64,000 bases of DNA from Mobula hypostoma (lineage: Eukaryota): assembly GCF_963921235.1 (NCBI RefSeq), contig NC_086108.1, forward strand, positions 59,956,001 through 60,020,000. The letters are read 5' to 3'. This document shows, piece after piece, positions 35,084 to 47,872 of this stretch. Both the position numbers and the translations under genes were made by a program. The notes under the pieces are model-generated. The model was not told the origin of the DNA. It ran no database searches and worked only from the letters and a program-made list of their open reading frames with translations. Position 1 is the first letter of the stretch; the number at the start of each line of letters is the position of its first letter.

Positions 35084-35391
35084 GGAGACATCCGTTAGTC
35101 TTGCGAGACCATGGGTCTGCGCCTGGAAAGTCTTCACTCTCCAGGGTGCAGGCCTGGGCAAGGTTGTATGGAAGACCAGCAGTTGCCCATTCTGCAAGTC
35201 TCCCCTCTCCACGACACCAATGTTGTCCAAGGGAAGGGCATTAGGGACCCATACAGCTTGGCACCAGTGTCGTCGCAGAGCAATGTGTGATTAAGTGCCT
35301 TGCTCAAGGACACAACACATATTGCCTCAGCTGGGACTCGAACTCACGACCTTCAGGTCGCTAGTCCAATGCCTTAACCACTTGGCCACGC
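35084..35391 (-). mobile_element. tRNA-derived SINE with RTE-like tail
   Basis: Minus-strand head tggccaagtggttaagg (A box)...gagttcgagtccc (B box), a central ccttgagcaaggcacttaa motif, and tail ccatggtctcgcaagactaacgga. Confidence 0.85.
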
Positions 35392-35408
35392 GCGCGCGCA
35401 TACGCACG

Positions 35409-35460
<52 letters not shown>

Positions 35461-35508
35461 CGCACACACACACACACACACACGCACACACACACACACA
35501 CACACATA
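35391..35508. repeat. (CG/CA)n microsatellite
   Basis: Direct observation. Confidence 0.95.
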
Positions 35509-36769
35509 TAATTTATATAAATTGAAGGCTAGGTTTGTGTTTTTCGGTGGATAATAGTCATGGTTTTGTCATTCAATCTCCAAATCTGTATTAAACGAAC
35601 CTAGATTATCATCTCTGCTCAGCCTTGGTGGAAGCCACACATGGTACAAATATGCTGGTCGTCCCAACTGACTCGTCATGAGAAAAAAAACTAGATATTA
35701 TAATTGCTGATAGATATTATTTCATTTACAATTCTACATGTATTCAGAAATGACAGAGGGAAAATAGGAGGAAAATTACGTGTTCTTTAATGCACATTAT
35801 TATAATTACATCTGTAAAATTTGGAACTGTTTACATTTTGAGAGAACGTGAGTGTGGAATTTGTAAATCTGGTCTTGTTAATCAGATGTGCATGTAATCA
35901 CCTCAGAGTAATCAATCCTATTTCTACAGAATGCACAGAGCCAGTGGAAAAGCTTTTGTTGTGGGCACTTCCTGATATGATTCTAGATGTTAATGCTTCA
36001 CATCTCCAACCATAGTAAATATCAATAAAGCAAATGGAATGCTCAGTAGATAGTCAAATTAGCATAGCACAAAGTGAACGATGTCAAAATGATGAACAGG
36101 CAACATCTCTGGAGCTAGGTATAACTTTCTCACTGATTTTCCAAGATGATATTCAAGTTCCAAATCTCTGGAATAAGAGAAATAATTAATGAGGAAAGAC
36201 TGGAAAATTTTGAAATAGTTAACCTTATGAAGTGGCAGCAAGGATTGAGTCCTTTCAGAAGTTTGCCAGACAGTAAATATTGTTCAACTTTTGGAATACT
36301 ATTTCAAATTAAGATCTAACAGTAGCATAGAAACACTAACGAAGAATGATATCAGGAGGTACCCACGACAAAAGCTTTTCAACGTGTGGAATGCATTTCC
36401 ATTTCCTTGTTTGAGGAAACAGTCTCTGTTATTTAGAGAGCACATGGGTTATGTGATTGAGAGATAGACCGCTTTGTTTTGGGACAGATACCTAGGGCAG
36501 ACCAAAATAATTTCTTTTTTGAATTTGGTGATTTTTTCAGTCACCCTTGCAGAGTTGAAAAGAGAGTCAGAATGTCCCAATCACTATTCATGATTGTTTT
36601 ATGTTGTTTGAATTATTATCAAATAGCTAAACCTCTCTCTAGTAAGACCATCTATATATTTGCCTGCGGAAACTTCCCTGAATACACTTAACAGATCCTA
36701 CCCCATCTCAGTTCTTAGCAATATGGCAGCCCAATCTATATTAGGAAATCTAAAATCCAAATATGACAG

Positions 36770-38130
36770 CCCTATTATTCTTGCAACTCTATGCAATCTC
36801 CCTGCAAATTTGTTCCTCTAATTCCTGTTGAATATTACGGGGCCTATTGTGCAATCCCAACAAGGTAATTATCCCTTTCTTATTTCTCAGCTTCATAAAT
36901 GAAATCTCATTGGATGTTTCCTCAGAGATTTTATCTTGCACCATTACCATGATGTTCCTAATCAGAAATATCACTGCCCCTTTTCTCCTTTCTCCACCTC
37001 TATCCCATCATGGAATACTAGCTGCCAGTCCTGTCTCTCCCTTAGTCATGCTGATTTTAATATCTCAGCTCCATATAATTATTAATGTCCTGAATACATT
37101 AGCCTCTTATTTTCAAATAAATGCACTGTAATACAGCAGTCTTTCCTCACCCCCTGCCACGCTGCTGCATGCCTTGCCTACTGAATTCTGTATCAGCTTC
37201 CAGCCTACCATCCGCCTCACTGCTGTGTTAGATCCCACCCTCCTGCCAATTTAGTTTAAACCCTCCCTAGGGGCACAAACAAAATCTGTCCATAGGACAT
37301 TGGTCCCCTCCATTCAGGTGCAACCTATCCCACTTGTACAGGTCACACTAGTCTCACAAGAGATCTCAACAGTCCAAAAATCTGAATCCACGTCCCCTGC
37401 ACCAACTCTTAAGTCATGTGTTCATTTGTCATATCCTCCTATTGTTATCCTCATTAGTATCTGACATTGAAAATAATCCAGGGATTACCAATACATCTTG
37501 CTTCTTATCCTCTTTCCCAATTCCCTATGTTCACTTCACAGGATCTCATCCCTCTTCCTACCTTGTCATTTGTGCTAACATGCTCAATGACTTCTGACTG
37601 CTCACACTCCCCTTTGAGAGTATTCTGCAACTGCTTAGAGATAGCCTTGATCCTAGCTCCACTGAGGCAACACATCATCCTGGAGTCCCTTTTGCAGCCA
37701 AAGAATCTCCTGTCTCCCACTAAATATCAAGTCTCCTATCACTGTAGTCCTATCTTAACCTTTCCCCACTGAGACTCAAAGGCAGTCCCAGTGCCACAGG
37801 CCTGGCTGCTGCTGCTGCCATCTCCTGTACAATCACCCCCACGTCCCACACCCCCAGCAATGTCCAAAATGGGATACTTTCTTTCAAGGGTAATCCTGCA
37901 CAATTGGCTCATTTTCTCAACCTCTCCCGCTGGTCATCTGATTACCTGCTGCCTGCACCTTTGTTGTGACCCTCATCACCTGGATGATTGTAAGTGTACC
38001 CAGCTCTAGCTCCAGTCAGCCAGGAGCTACAGCTGTACACCTGTCCCATGTTCCAAGGGTGCAGTCGTCAGAGACACTGGATGTCACCCCAATCAGCTAC
38101 ATCTGGCAGGAGGAGAATACCATTGCGCTA
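36770..38130 (-). mobile_element. Old CR1 5' part (ORF1 esterase and endonuclease N-terminus)
   Basis: CCLSGARIKAI..VIEHVSTND (ORF 37505-37720); LRNKKGIITLLGLHNRPRN (ORF 36789-36974). Confidence 0.75.
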
Positions 38131-38689
38131 ATTGAAGGTCTAACTAAGTAAGTGTGAAGAACAAAGTTGAAGCACCTTAACTGTGATTACCTTTACTCTT
38201 ATCTCTTTTCCGCCTCGTCAGCAAAGCCTTATAGCTGACACTTTGGCATTTTGACCTCAAGCTCAGCTATTAAAATTCACACAGGCCATTCTCAAGATGG
38301 CTACTCTGAAGGTCTAGGTGGGAATAAAATTTAATAACAAGCTGTGATTTGAAATTGTACTGCCTTCACATCACAGCTAGATAAAATCTGTTGTACTTAA
38401 ATGGATTTGATTTTCACATGAAATCATTCCAAAGTTACATCACATTCCTCCAGCTGAACTCTTCTTCCTCCAGCATTATCCTCCCTGGTCATGAAGGTAT
38501 GATATCTTAAGACATAAAATGCTTTTGCCTTTACTGAATCACATCTTTAATTATTTTTGCGGCAAAGTAGAGCAGCAATAAACAAACCCACTTGGGACAA
38601 TTGTGTTTGCGTAGCTGCCTGAAATCATATTTGATAGCTTTATCCTCATTGCGGAACAAAGTCCATCCAGCCAAGTGAATGGGAAGGGC

Positions 38690-39160
38690 AAACAAAATGC
38701 TGAAGGAATTCAGCAAGTCAAGCAGCAGCAATGGAGACCAAATCCCACACTCCTTCTCTTTTCATTTCCTCATTCTGTTTACCTTTTCACCCTTTCTGTT
38801 CTCTTACCTTACCTTCATGGCCTGACAATCATCTCACTCTGGTATCCCACCTCCCTTTATTCCATGGTCCACTGTCCTCTCCTGTTAGATTCCTTCATCT
38901 TCAGCCATTTACTTCTTCCACTTATCAGCTCCCAGCTTCCCACTTCACCCCTCCTCCCCACCCACCCATGTTGCCTGACATGTGCTCTGACCTATCACCT
39001 GCCAGCTTGCACTTCTCCCACACCTCCCTGAGTCCAACCTTATTCTGGCTTTTTCCCACTTCCTTTCCAGTCCTGATGAATTGATTGTTTATTTCCTGTC
39101 TGACTTGCTGAGTTCTTCCAGCACTTTCTAGGTGTTGCTGAAGATTTCCAGCATTGATTT
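38690..39160. mobile_element. Old Penelope 3'/pseudo-LTR remnant with short inverted left piece
   Basis: caaaatgctgaaggaattcagcaagtca at the left; a pyrimidine-rich body; ttccagtcctgatgaa..ctgctgagttcttccagca at the right. Confidence 0.6.
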
Positions 39161-39558
39161 TGTGTTACGAATGGGAAATTTGCATGTTTATGATCACAAA
39201 AGCACTGCAGGTGAAGAAAAGACAACTGTTCAGTGTTCTTTGTGTTTCAAACAACAGCACCACCTCTTTTACCTCAGGACAATGATTTCAAAGAACAGGT
39301 GTCCTCATTGGTAGTGGTGGTTTGGATGGACTCAGTCAAAAAGCCATGGTCTGACATAATTGAACTGCCACTGATTCAGCACTACTTGCTATTCTTACTC
39401 AGAGAAGACGCAGCTTGGAAACTGGTCACAAGCAAAGTCAAGTGAGTTCTTATTTGAGATTGGAATTGAGGCATCTTATTGAAAAAGACCAAAAGGCACA
39501 TTGCTTTTACTTAAACCTTGTGCTCCTCACAAGAAATTACTTAATACTGTCTTTAGAT

Positions 39559-39638
39559 CAGGGGTTCCCAACCACTTATACGCCATGGACACCTACCAAT
39601 ATCCAAGCAGCCTGTGGACTCCAGGTTGGGAACCCCTC
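39559..39638. mobile_element. 80-bp hAT (Charlie-like) MITE
   Basis: TIR caggggttcccaacc / ggttgggaacccctc; exact 8-bp TSD ctttagat at 39551-39558 and 39639-39646. Confidence 0.88.
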
Positions 39639-40069
39639 CTTTAGATGCTTCACTTTCAAGCACTAACTTGATTTGACATACACTAAATTTAATAAGCAAT
39701 ATCTTAGAAATCTAGTTAAGATTAAAAGACCCTCGTCTTTTTATCATCAAATCGTGATATTCCATTAAATTTTCCTTTGAATACGTAGTTAAAATGCACT
39801 TTAATTATATACCCTAATGACAATCTAATTTTTAATATAAGCTATGTATCTTACAGAAACTATTGAAAATATATCTCTGGAGTAAATATATTCAGCATAG
39901 GGATCAAGGTGTGATGATTCCTTTAATCAGTCCATGCTGCTTTCAAACTTGCAAATGCATTTAAGCATAGGTTTCATTGTGGAGATTTGTCACTCTTTGA
40001 GGAATGCAAAGAGTTAAAACAGTTTTATTCATATTATTCCTTGATTTACAGTAAATATTCAGTATCTGT

Positions 40070-40830
40070 TGTAGTGGGCTGGGTTGATCAGACCCAAATA
40101 AGTGTGCAGGAGATGTGGTAATAAGCGTACAAGCCCAACAAAGTAATTTACAGCAAGCCTAATTTATTATCATAAAATATAGAGCACAAATAGACCACGC
40201 AAAATAGTATATAGCAAGTCACAAAGATTTCAGAGCTCATGGTTCTTAGTCACTAACTGATTGTTGCTGTTGTCAGGGGAACTCTGATTTCTGCCTCACT
40301 TGTGAAATCACCTCTGGGCCCTAGACCCCAATCAAGATTTCTGGCCCTCAGCTGAAGCTGACGAAATCAAGAAAGGCACCCCAATAAATACGAGTTTCAC
40401 AAGGCAGAGACAGACAAACTCTTGGATCTTTTGTCTGAATACAGCCTGTCTTTCTTCAAACACATCTGGTGCCAATAAACAGTGTTCAGCATATCCGCAT
40501 AAATCAACTCGGCACTTTAATGGTTGCTCTTCATTCACTAGTCCAGCAATGTTTTGGACACAACATTCCTCAGACTTATAAAAGGACATTATTATTATAT
40601 ATAAGTGATAAGCTGAATCCAAAAGAGGATCCATCAAGCCAATTTGACAGATATTCACAATTTGATGATGCCTGAGATTAAGAAAGAATCCAGCTGCTAT
40701 CAGCAAACATTCTACAGACATTAGCAGTGTTGAATCTATATAGGCACTTGTCAAAAATTGCCCTCTAACAGGCATATAGGGTTCAGAAAGAGTTAAGCTG
40801 TCACTGTTTTACAGAATTTAGTATAATACA
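40070..40830. mobile_element. Intact solo LTR (761 bp)
   Basis: TGTA...TACA termini; exact 5-bp TSD tctgt at 40065-40069 and 40831-40835; homologous to the pieces at 16695-25982. A minus-strand AATAAA ~90 bp from the left end is conserved in both copies. Confidence 0.82.
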
Positions 40831-40917
40831 TCTGTTATGGCAAATAACCAAATAAATTCGAACACTAGAAATTATGAAAAGTCATTAAGCATGAGGCTTG
40901 CTCTGAGCCATAAAGGC

Positions 40918-41160
40918 ATCCGTTAGTCTTGCGAGACCATGGATCTGCACCTGGAAAGTCTTCACTCTCCAGGGTGCAGGCCTGGGCAAGGTTGTATGGA
41001 AGACCAGCAGTTGCCCATGCTGCAAGTCTCCCCTCTCCACGTCGCAGAGCACTGTGTGATTAAGTGCCTTGCTCAAGGACACAACACGTTGCCTCTGCTG
41101 GGGCTCGAACTCACAACCTTCAGATCGCTAGCTGAATGCCTTAACCACTTGGCCACGTGA
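40918..41160 (-). mobile_element. tRNA-derived SINE (same family as 35084-35391) with internal deletion
   Basis: High similarity to 35084-35391; 10-bp TSD ccataaaggc at 40908-40917 and 41161-41170. Confidence 0.88.
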
Positions 41161-42691
41161 CCATAAAGGCTGAAACATAAAGGCTGTTTAATATTATGGA
41201 AGCAAACTTTCATCAAGATGACATATCCATGATGGAAAACTGTCCTAGCTCTGACTAAAATAAGGCATGCCCTTTCACTGGGAAACAGCAACAAAAATGC
41301 CTAGTGGCGACCCCGTGCAGAGCCTGTATCTGAAACAGTGACTATCCCTTTGCCTCCACAGTTCCTTGACCTGCTGACTTCCTCTTGCAGATTTTGGGTT
41401 GCACTAAGAGCGTTGTATCTTGTTTTCTGCGAAATGGAGAGGTGGACACTCTAGTTCCACAGAGAATTCATCCATAAATTTGAGCAACAATTTTCAGTTG
41501 ATGCTTCAGTGCAGTGCCAAAGGAGTATCGAGTCGTAGATGTGATACTTTTCAAAATGTCACTGGTCCACCTTCTTGGTGAGCATAAAGCTCCCAAAGCA
41601 GAATTCAAAGCAAGAGAATTTTTCCGCTGTCCTTGTAATAGTTATTCTGCAAAAGCCATCCCATTGAAAAAGATTATCTGATCACTTATCACAGTTTTGT
41701 GGAATCTGGCTATGTACAAATCTGCACAGCAGAAGCATGGTCATTAGCCAATGAAACCTCAGCTTATGGAAGATAATCTATATTAATGTTTTTCTGTTTC
41801 TTGAAGATTACTAAAACGATGGATTCTACAATAAAATATTCTCTACACAAGGCCTCATATAGTGAAAGCACATGTTGTGAGATTCAAATACAGATGTTCC
41901 GATGCATGACCCCATCAGATCTCCACTCTTCATTTTCAGATCATCAATTCATATCCAAATTTTTATTGTGCATTAGGCATCTCATGAAGCTCAGTACCAG
42001 ATGAACTAAGTAGCAAATTTAGCTCACTGTTTTGTAGACAATGTGCATCTTCTGGGATCTTCATCTCCATTTTAAATACAGCAGGATTAGCCCGCTCTCA
42101 GCAGCTCCTGAAAATGGTAATTCAAGTTCAGTCTTTTGGGGAACTGCAAGCACGTGCAACCTGCTTGCTTCATGTTGCATTGGCTACTGAGATTGACAGA
42201 TTGGAAACTGCTCACATGTTCACAGATGAAAGCAACAAAGGGCAGCAAATGGGGAAGAAATATAAAAAGATAATAAAGGTCAAGATGAGTACTGCCTCTC
42301 ATGGCTTCTCTGATGCTCTGAACTAGTCATTATAGTTACCAAATCTGAGTCGAAACCATCTGAGGTTTCCCAATTTATATCAGGTTGATTGGGTTGACCT
42401 TTACTGTTGACACCGAAGAGAGGCTTTCATCCTATGTGTTCGGATTCAATTCAAGCCAGGTTCCAGGATGAAATGACAGTGTCTGCTAACCCATTGTGAT
42501 TGTACCAACTGCACTCAGATGCTTTTTAAAGTCCCTGTTATAGTTTCATTCAGCAGTTGTTCAGCTCACATCAAAAGGTACCAAAAGGCAAACGGACAAA
42601 GCAGAGCACCCTAGATCTGGAAAATGGAGACAGTGAATATAACCTTATGCAGTTGAATTTCTGTGACTCTTGCTCCCAAACATCCACTTAC

Positions 42692-42991
42692 CTTTTTAAC
42701 CAATTATGTGCAGAAACACCATATCCGTATCCAATCCTTACTCTGTCTTTTCTTTCACATATTATCACCTGTCTCTTCCCTCCTTTTTCTCTCTGCGATT
42801 TCTTCCTGACCCAGTGTATTTCTTCATGGTTCACATTGACTCCTGCCCCGTAGACCGTCCTGATCTTCAATCTCCCTTTTTCTCCAATCCTGAGAAAATC
42901 CTCATGATAATTGTAAGATGTATTCGAATATCTCTTACAGTCTGCACTGGGAGCCACTCTTTTAGTACGAAGGAGAATCCATTTCCACCGC
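42692..42991 (-). CDS. Candidate internal coding exon of an unidentified (possibly pseudogenised) gene
   Basis: Acceptor cctttctag|G and donor AAG|gtaagt; exactly 300 nt, phase 2-2, open in one frame (RWKWILLRTKRVAPS...RIGYGYGVSAHNWLK). No family recognised. Confidence 0.35.
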
Positions 42992-43109
42992 CTAGAAAGG
43001 ATGCACCAGGACCCAACAACTCAAACACAGCTCATTGGGACACTGCATAATACACACATCTGCCAATATCAGATGGGAGGCTGCACTGTCCCAGAAGCTT
43101 TAGAAGAGT

Positions 43110-43765
43110 TAACTGGTAAGTTGGTGTACTAAAACTTGTCTTGCATAGCTTGTACAGATCAAATTGTTACAACAGTGTATTGAGGTAGTATGAGGTAAAA
43201 CAATAATAGAGTGCATAATAAAGTTTTGCATCACATAGGAAGTGCAGTGCAAGTAAACAATAATGTGCAAAGTTAGAAGGAGGTAGATAGTGAGATCAGC
43301 AATCCATCTTATTGTACTGGAGAGCAATTCAATGTTCTTATAACAGGAGCAGCCGTTGAGCCCAGTGGTATGTGCTTTTAGCATTTGGATCTTCTGCCTG
43401 ATGAGACGGGGGAAGAAGTGAGAATGTCTAGAGTGGGTGGGATTGTTGATTGTGCTTGCTGCTTTATCACAGCAGCAGGAGGCGTAGACAGTAGAGGGGA
43501 GGCTGGTTTTTGTGATGTGCTGAACTGTGCTTGCAACATTCCACAATTTCTTGTAGTCACGGGCAGAGTAGTTGCCATACAAAGTGCCAATGCATCCAGG
43601 AAGGAGGCTTGCTGTGATGCATCAATAGAAATTGATGAGAGTAAAATGGGACATGCCAAATTTCTTTAGTAGAGGCACTAGTGAGATTTCTTGGCTGTGG
43701 CATCAATGTGTCTGGTCCAGTACAGACTTTTCATTCCTGGGAACTTGATACTCTCAACCCTGCAG
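43110..43765 (-). mobile_element. Old Rex1/Babar-like 3' fragment
   Basis: RVESIKFPG..WTRHIDATAKK; YGNYSARDYKKL..HITKTSLPS..INNPTH. Confidence 0.7.
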
Positions 43766-44940
43766 GGGTGGATCCCTGCCAGAACACGTCTCAGGTACTC
43801 TATCATGGGAAAGTCATAATAGGTATCCTTCTCAACTTCCTCCCCTAATTGAAGAACTATTCCTTGAATTACATCGTGGACCGTAATAATATGGAATTGC
43901 ATCAAAGATGCAGGGAGCAGCGTCTGCCATTACACTTCTTTATCAACTGTGCGTTTCTGTGGAGAATTCTTATCAAATTTGACTGAACTCAGACATTTAT
44001 CTTCATTCTGTGTCTGCTGTTTGAAGGCATTCAATCCTTGATTCCACCAATGTTGTGCAAATTTTGGTTAAGCAACGCTACAGCATTGTCCCAATACTTT
44101 CCCCAGATTTCTTGTCACATCAAATACATTATTTTTAACAATCTGGAGAGGAGATAATCTAAAGGACAAGTTCCAACTATTCCATTCTAGAATCAAGGCC
44201 ATCCTCAGCCTTCAAGTGGCAGTATGCAGACAACTCTTGCATATGCACAGACTTGGAGGTATCATTGAACGCTACAGGCAATTCAAGAAAGGTGAAGAAA
44301 GAGTAAATCATGTTTTTTTGCTATCACATTGGAAGACACGTATCGCCTTGTTAAGAATTTCATTTCAAATTTTCAAAATCACTATCTTAACCTCCCATTT
44401 TAAACGATAAAAGCACATTCACATAAAAAGCAGACTGATACAATATGAATTTCTGCAGTTCCAAAATCCCTGAACTCTTTTGCACTTCAGAAGGCATTTT
44501 ATTACCTTTGTTCATTATAACATATTCATGGTTTATTCCACTTTTATTTAAAGCATATGTTCAGTTTTCTTTAATCATTTTCTCTCTGCTTGGTGTGTAT
44601 GATGTATAGGTAAAATAGCTCAGACTGAAAATGAGGAGGTATTATTTTTAGAACATATATTGTAGTATTTGATGAGAGTTGTTGGCATTCTAAATTGGAA
44701 TATTTTTACCTTGATGTATTTATTTTGCTGATTGTGTGATGTATTTAAAATGACTCTTTCTGCTTCCAGTATAAAAATACTGACTACACACTAATGATTG
44801 TCAAATTTGTTAGGCTGAGGAGTCAAAATGAAAATTAAAAATTGCAGTTGAGTTTATAAAAAATCCCTGCTTCTGTCATAATCAGAAACATTGTACTATA
44901 TTAGATAATTTATGTCAGGACAGTAAAAAGGATGCTGTAA

Positions 44941-45050
44941 CACACACAAAATGCTGGAGAAACTCAGCAGGCCAGGCAGCATCTATGGAAAAGAGGGCAG
45001 TCAACGTTTTGGTCCAAGACCCTTCAGCAGGATTCAGTCTTGTTTATAAT
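44941..45050 (-). mobile_element. Penelope pseudo-LTR fragment
   Basis: cacacacaaaatgctggagaaactcagcaggcc..; TSD aggatgct(g/a)taa at 44929-44940 and 45051-45062. Confidence 0.75.
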
Positions 45051-45489
45051 AGGATGCTATAATTTGCTGTGATACTCTTTGGATTCTCGCTCTTCATTAT
45101 TGTTCAGTAGCTCATAGTGAAGGGTGCTTGCATCTTGGTGCATCTAAACAGCCATTGAGGAAGGGACTGTTGATGAATTCCTTACTGTAGGTGACACCTG
45201 CACGAGCAGGTAGATGTTGGAAGAATCACAAAATGTAGAGATTGGCAACATTATTAGTGTGACTTGCAGGTCAGGCTCTGGCAGCTGGGTGATCATGAGA
45301 GCAGGAGAATGGAGATAATGAGGGATGGCTGGTGGTCTGAGGAGTGGGAGAATGCTTATGCCAAAGGCTGTTGGGTCAAGAAAATTCTTTCCTGGAAATG
45401 CTCCCATTCTTGCCCAGCAGTGAGAAGATTGTGCTTTTCTCCCCAGGAATAAGCAACAAATAGTTAGTTTGGTTAGTTAGTTCAGGTAG

Positions 45490-47815
45490 TACTGAATGAC
45501 AGCAACATCTCCACATGCACCGTCATCACAGGTGCACCGCAGCTCCAATGCCATATATACGCTTGCATTCGACACCACTATTGTTGGCCAAATCAAAGGT
45601 GGTAATGAATTTGGCATTAATGAGGGATATTGAAAATCTGGAAGAATGGTGCCAAAGCATCAACATCTCACTCAATGCCAGCAAAACCAGAGCCAATTAT
45701 GGATTACAGGAAGTAGAAACCAGAAGTACATGAGCCAGTCCTCAGTAGGGGAATGGAGGAGGTGAGGGTCTGTAGCATTAAGCTCCTTGGTAACATAGCA
45801 GAGGATCTTTCCTGGGGCCAGCACATTACTGCCATTATAAAGAAGGCATGACAACATCTCTAACTTCTTAGAAGTTTCCATAGATTCACATGCCACCAAA
45901 CTCTTTGTCAAAGTTCTGCACCAATGCACAGGATCTGAAAAACCTACAAATAGTACTGGATACAACCCAATCTATCACAAGAAAAGCCCTCTCCACCACT
46001 GAGCTCATCTTCGTGCAACGCTGCCACAAGAAATTAGCATTCATCGTCAAAGACCCACCATCCAGACCATGCTCCCTTCTTGTTACTGCCATTGGGTAGG
46101 AGGTACAGAAGCATTAGCTCCCACACCATCAAAGTTTAAAGTTCAAAGTACATTTAATATCAAAGTACATATATGTCACCATATATCACCTTGAGATTCA
46201 TTTTTCTGCAGGCATTCACAGTAAGTACTAAGAAGAGCAATAGAATCAATGAAAACTACACGCAACAAAAACAGAAAAACATACAATGTGTAAGAGACAA
46301 CAAATTGTGCAAATAGAACAAAGGAAAGTCAAATTAATAATGATAAATAAATAAGCAATATATATTGAGAACAAAGAGAGTCCATAAGTTGCGGAATCAG
46401 TTCAGTGTTCAGGTGAGGTACCATCTCCGATTCTAGAGACTGATAGTCAAGGAGTAATAACTGTTCCTAAACCTGGTGGTGTCAGACTTGAGGCTCCTGT
46501 CTCTCCTTCCTGATGGCAGCTGGGAGAAGAGAGCATGCCCTGGATGTGGCAGTCCCTGATGATGGATGCTGCTTTCCTGTGATGTGTACCTTGTAGATAC
46601 ACTCTATGGTGGGGATGGCTTTACCTGTGATGGACTGCAATGTATCCATTACTTCTCGTAGGCTTTTCGATTCAAGTGCATTGGTGTTTCCATACCAGGC
46701 TATGATGCAACCAGTCAATATATTCACCACCGCTGGTCTACAGAAGTATGTCAGAATTTTACATGACATGCCGAATCTTCGCAAACCTCTAAGAAAGTAG
46801 AGGCAGTGCTGTGCCTTCTTTGTGATGACACTTATGTGCTGGTCCCAGGACTGATCCACTGAAATGATAATGCCAAGGAACTTTAAGTTGCTGACCCTCT
46901 CCAACTCTGATCCTTGATGGGAATGAGCTCATGGACCTCCAGTTTCCTATTTATGTGGTCAATAATATGCTCCTTGGTCTTGCAGACATTGAGTGAGAGA
47001 TTGTAGTTATGCCACCATTCAATCAGATTTTCTCCTTCCTATATACTGATTCATCTCCGCCTTTGATTCAGCCAAAGACAGTGGTGTCGTCGGCAAACTT
47101 AAATATGGCATTTGAGCTGTGCTTAGCCTCACAGTCATAAGTAGAAAGCAATTAGTGCAGGGGCTAAGCACACAGCCTGGTGGTGCACCTGTGTTGATGG
47201 TGACTGTGGAGGTGATCTTCTCCTCAATCCGAACTGTCTGGAGTCTGCAAGTGAGGAAATCAAGGATCAAGCTGAACAAGGAGATATTGGGTCCTAGGTC
47301 TTGGAGCTTATGAGGAAATTGAGGATTCAGTTGCAGAAGGGGGCATTGTGGCCGAGATCTTGGAGCTTATTGATTAATTTTGATGGGTTGCATTTCATCT
47401 GGAATGCCACTGATCTGGCCCGCAGCAGATTGTGGATTTTTGGTTTCATCCAGGGCTTCTGGCAGGGAAAGGCTCTGAATGATTTTGTGGGTAACAGTTC
47501 AGGAACTGTTGGTAGTCCACAACTATTTGGCTGCTGAATCAACATGGATAACTTCCTTCACAACTACTCTGAACTGATTCTACAATCTACAGGCACACTT
47601 TCAAGGACACTTTAGATTTTATGTTCTCAATATTACTTTCATTTGCACAGTTTGACTTCTTTTACACATTGGTCAGCTGTGTCCATGTATAGTGCCTCAT
47701 AAAATTCTATTGTATTATTTCTTTCCTGTAAATGTCTGCTAGACTATGAATCCCGAGGTAGCATATGGTGACACAAACGTATTTTGATGGCAAATCTACT
47801 TTGAACTTTGAACAA
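45490..47815. mobile_element. Nested Rex1/Babar-like fragments (plus-strand copy ~45490-46130 and ~47560-47815, interrupted by a minus-strand copy ~46130-47545)
   Basis: Plus: IVKDPPSRP, tail (ctttgaa)n at ~47800. Minus: ILDFLTCRLQTV..NTGAPPGCVLSP, ERVSNLKFLG..KKAQHCLYFLR, KPWM; tail near 46135. Confidence 0.7.
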
Positions 47816-47872
47816 TTGTACAACCAGGAGAAGGCATTCCAGGGTTCTCTGAAATGTTCCAAAGGAGGCATT

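Noticed and set aside
35330..35391. tRNA genes (also 41100-41160 and 13180-13250)
   Set aside because: The A/B boxes are heads of SINEs with bodies and tails (TSDs in two of the three); no complete cloverleaf.
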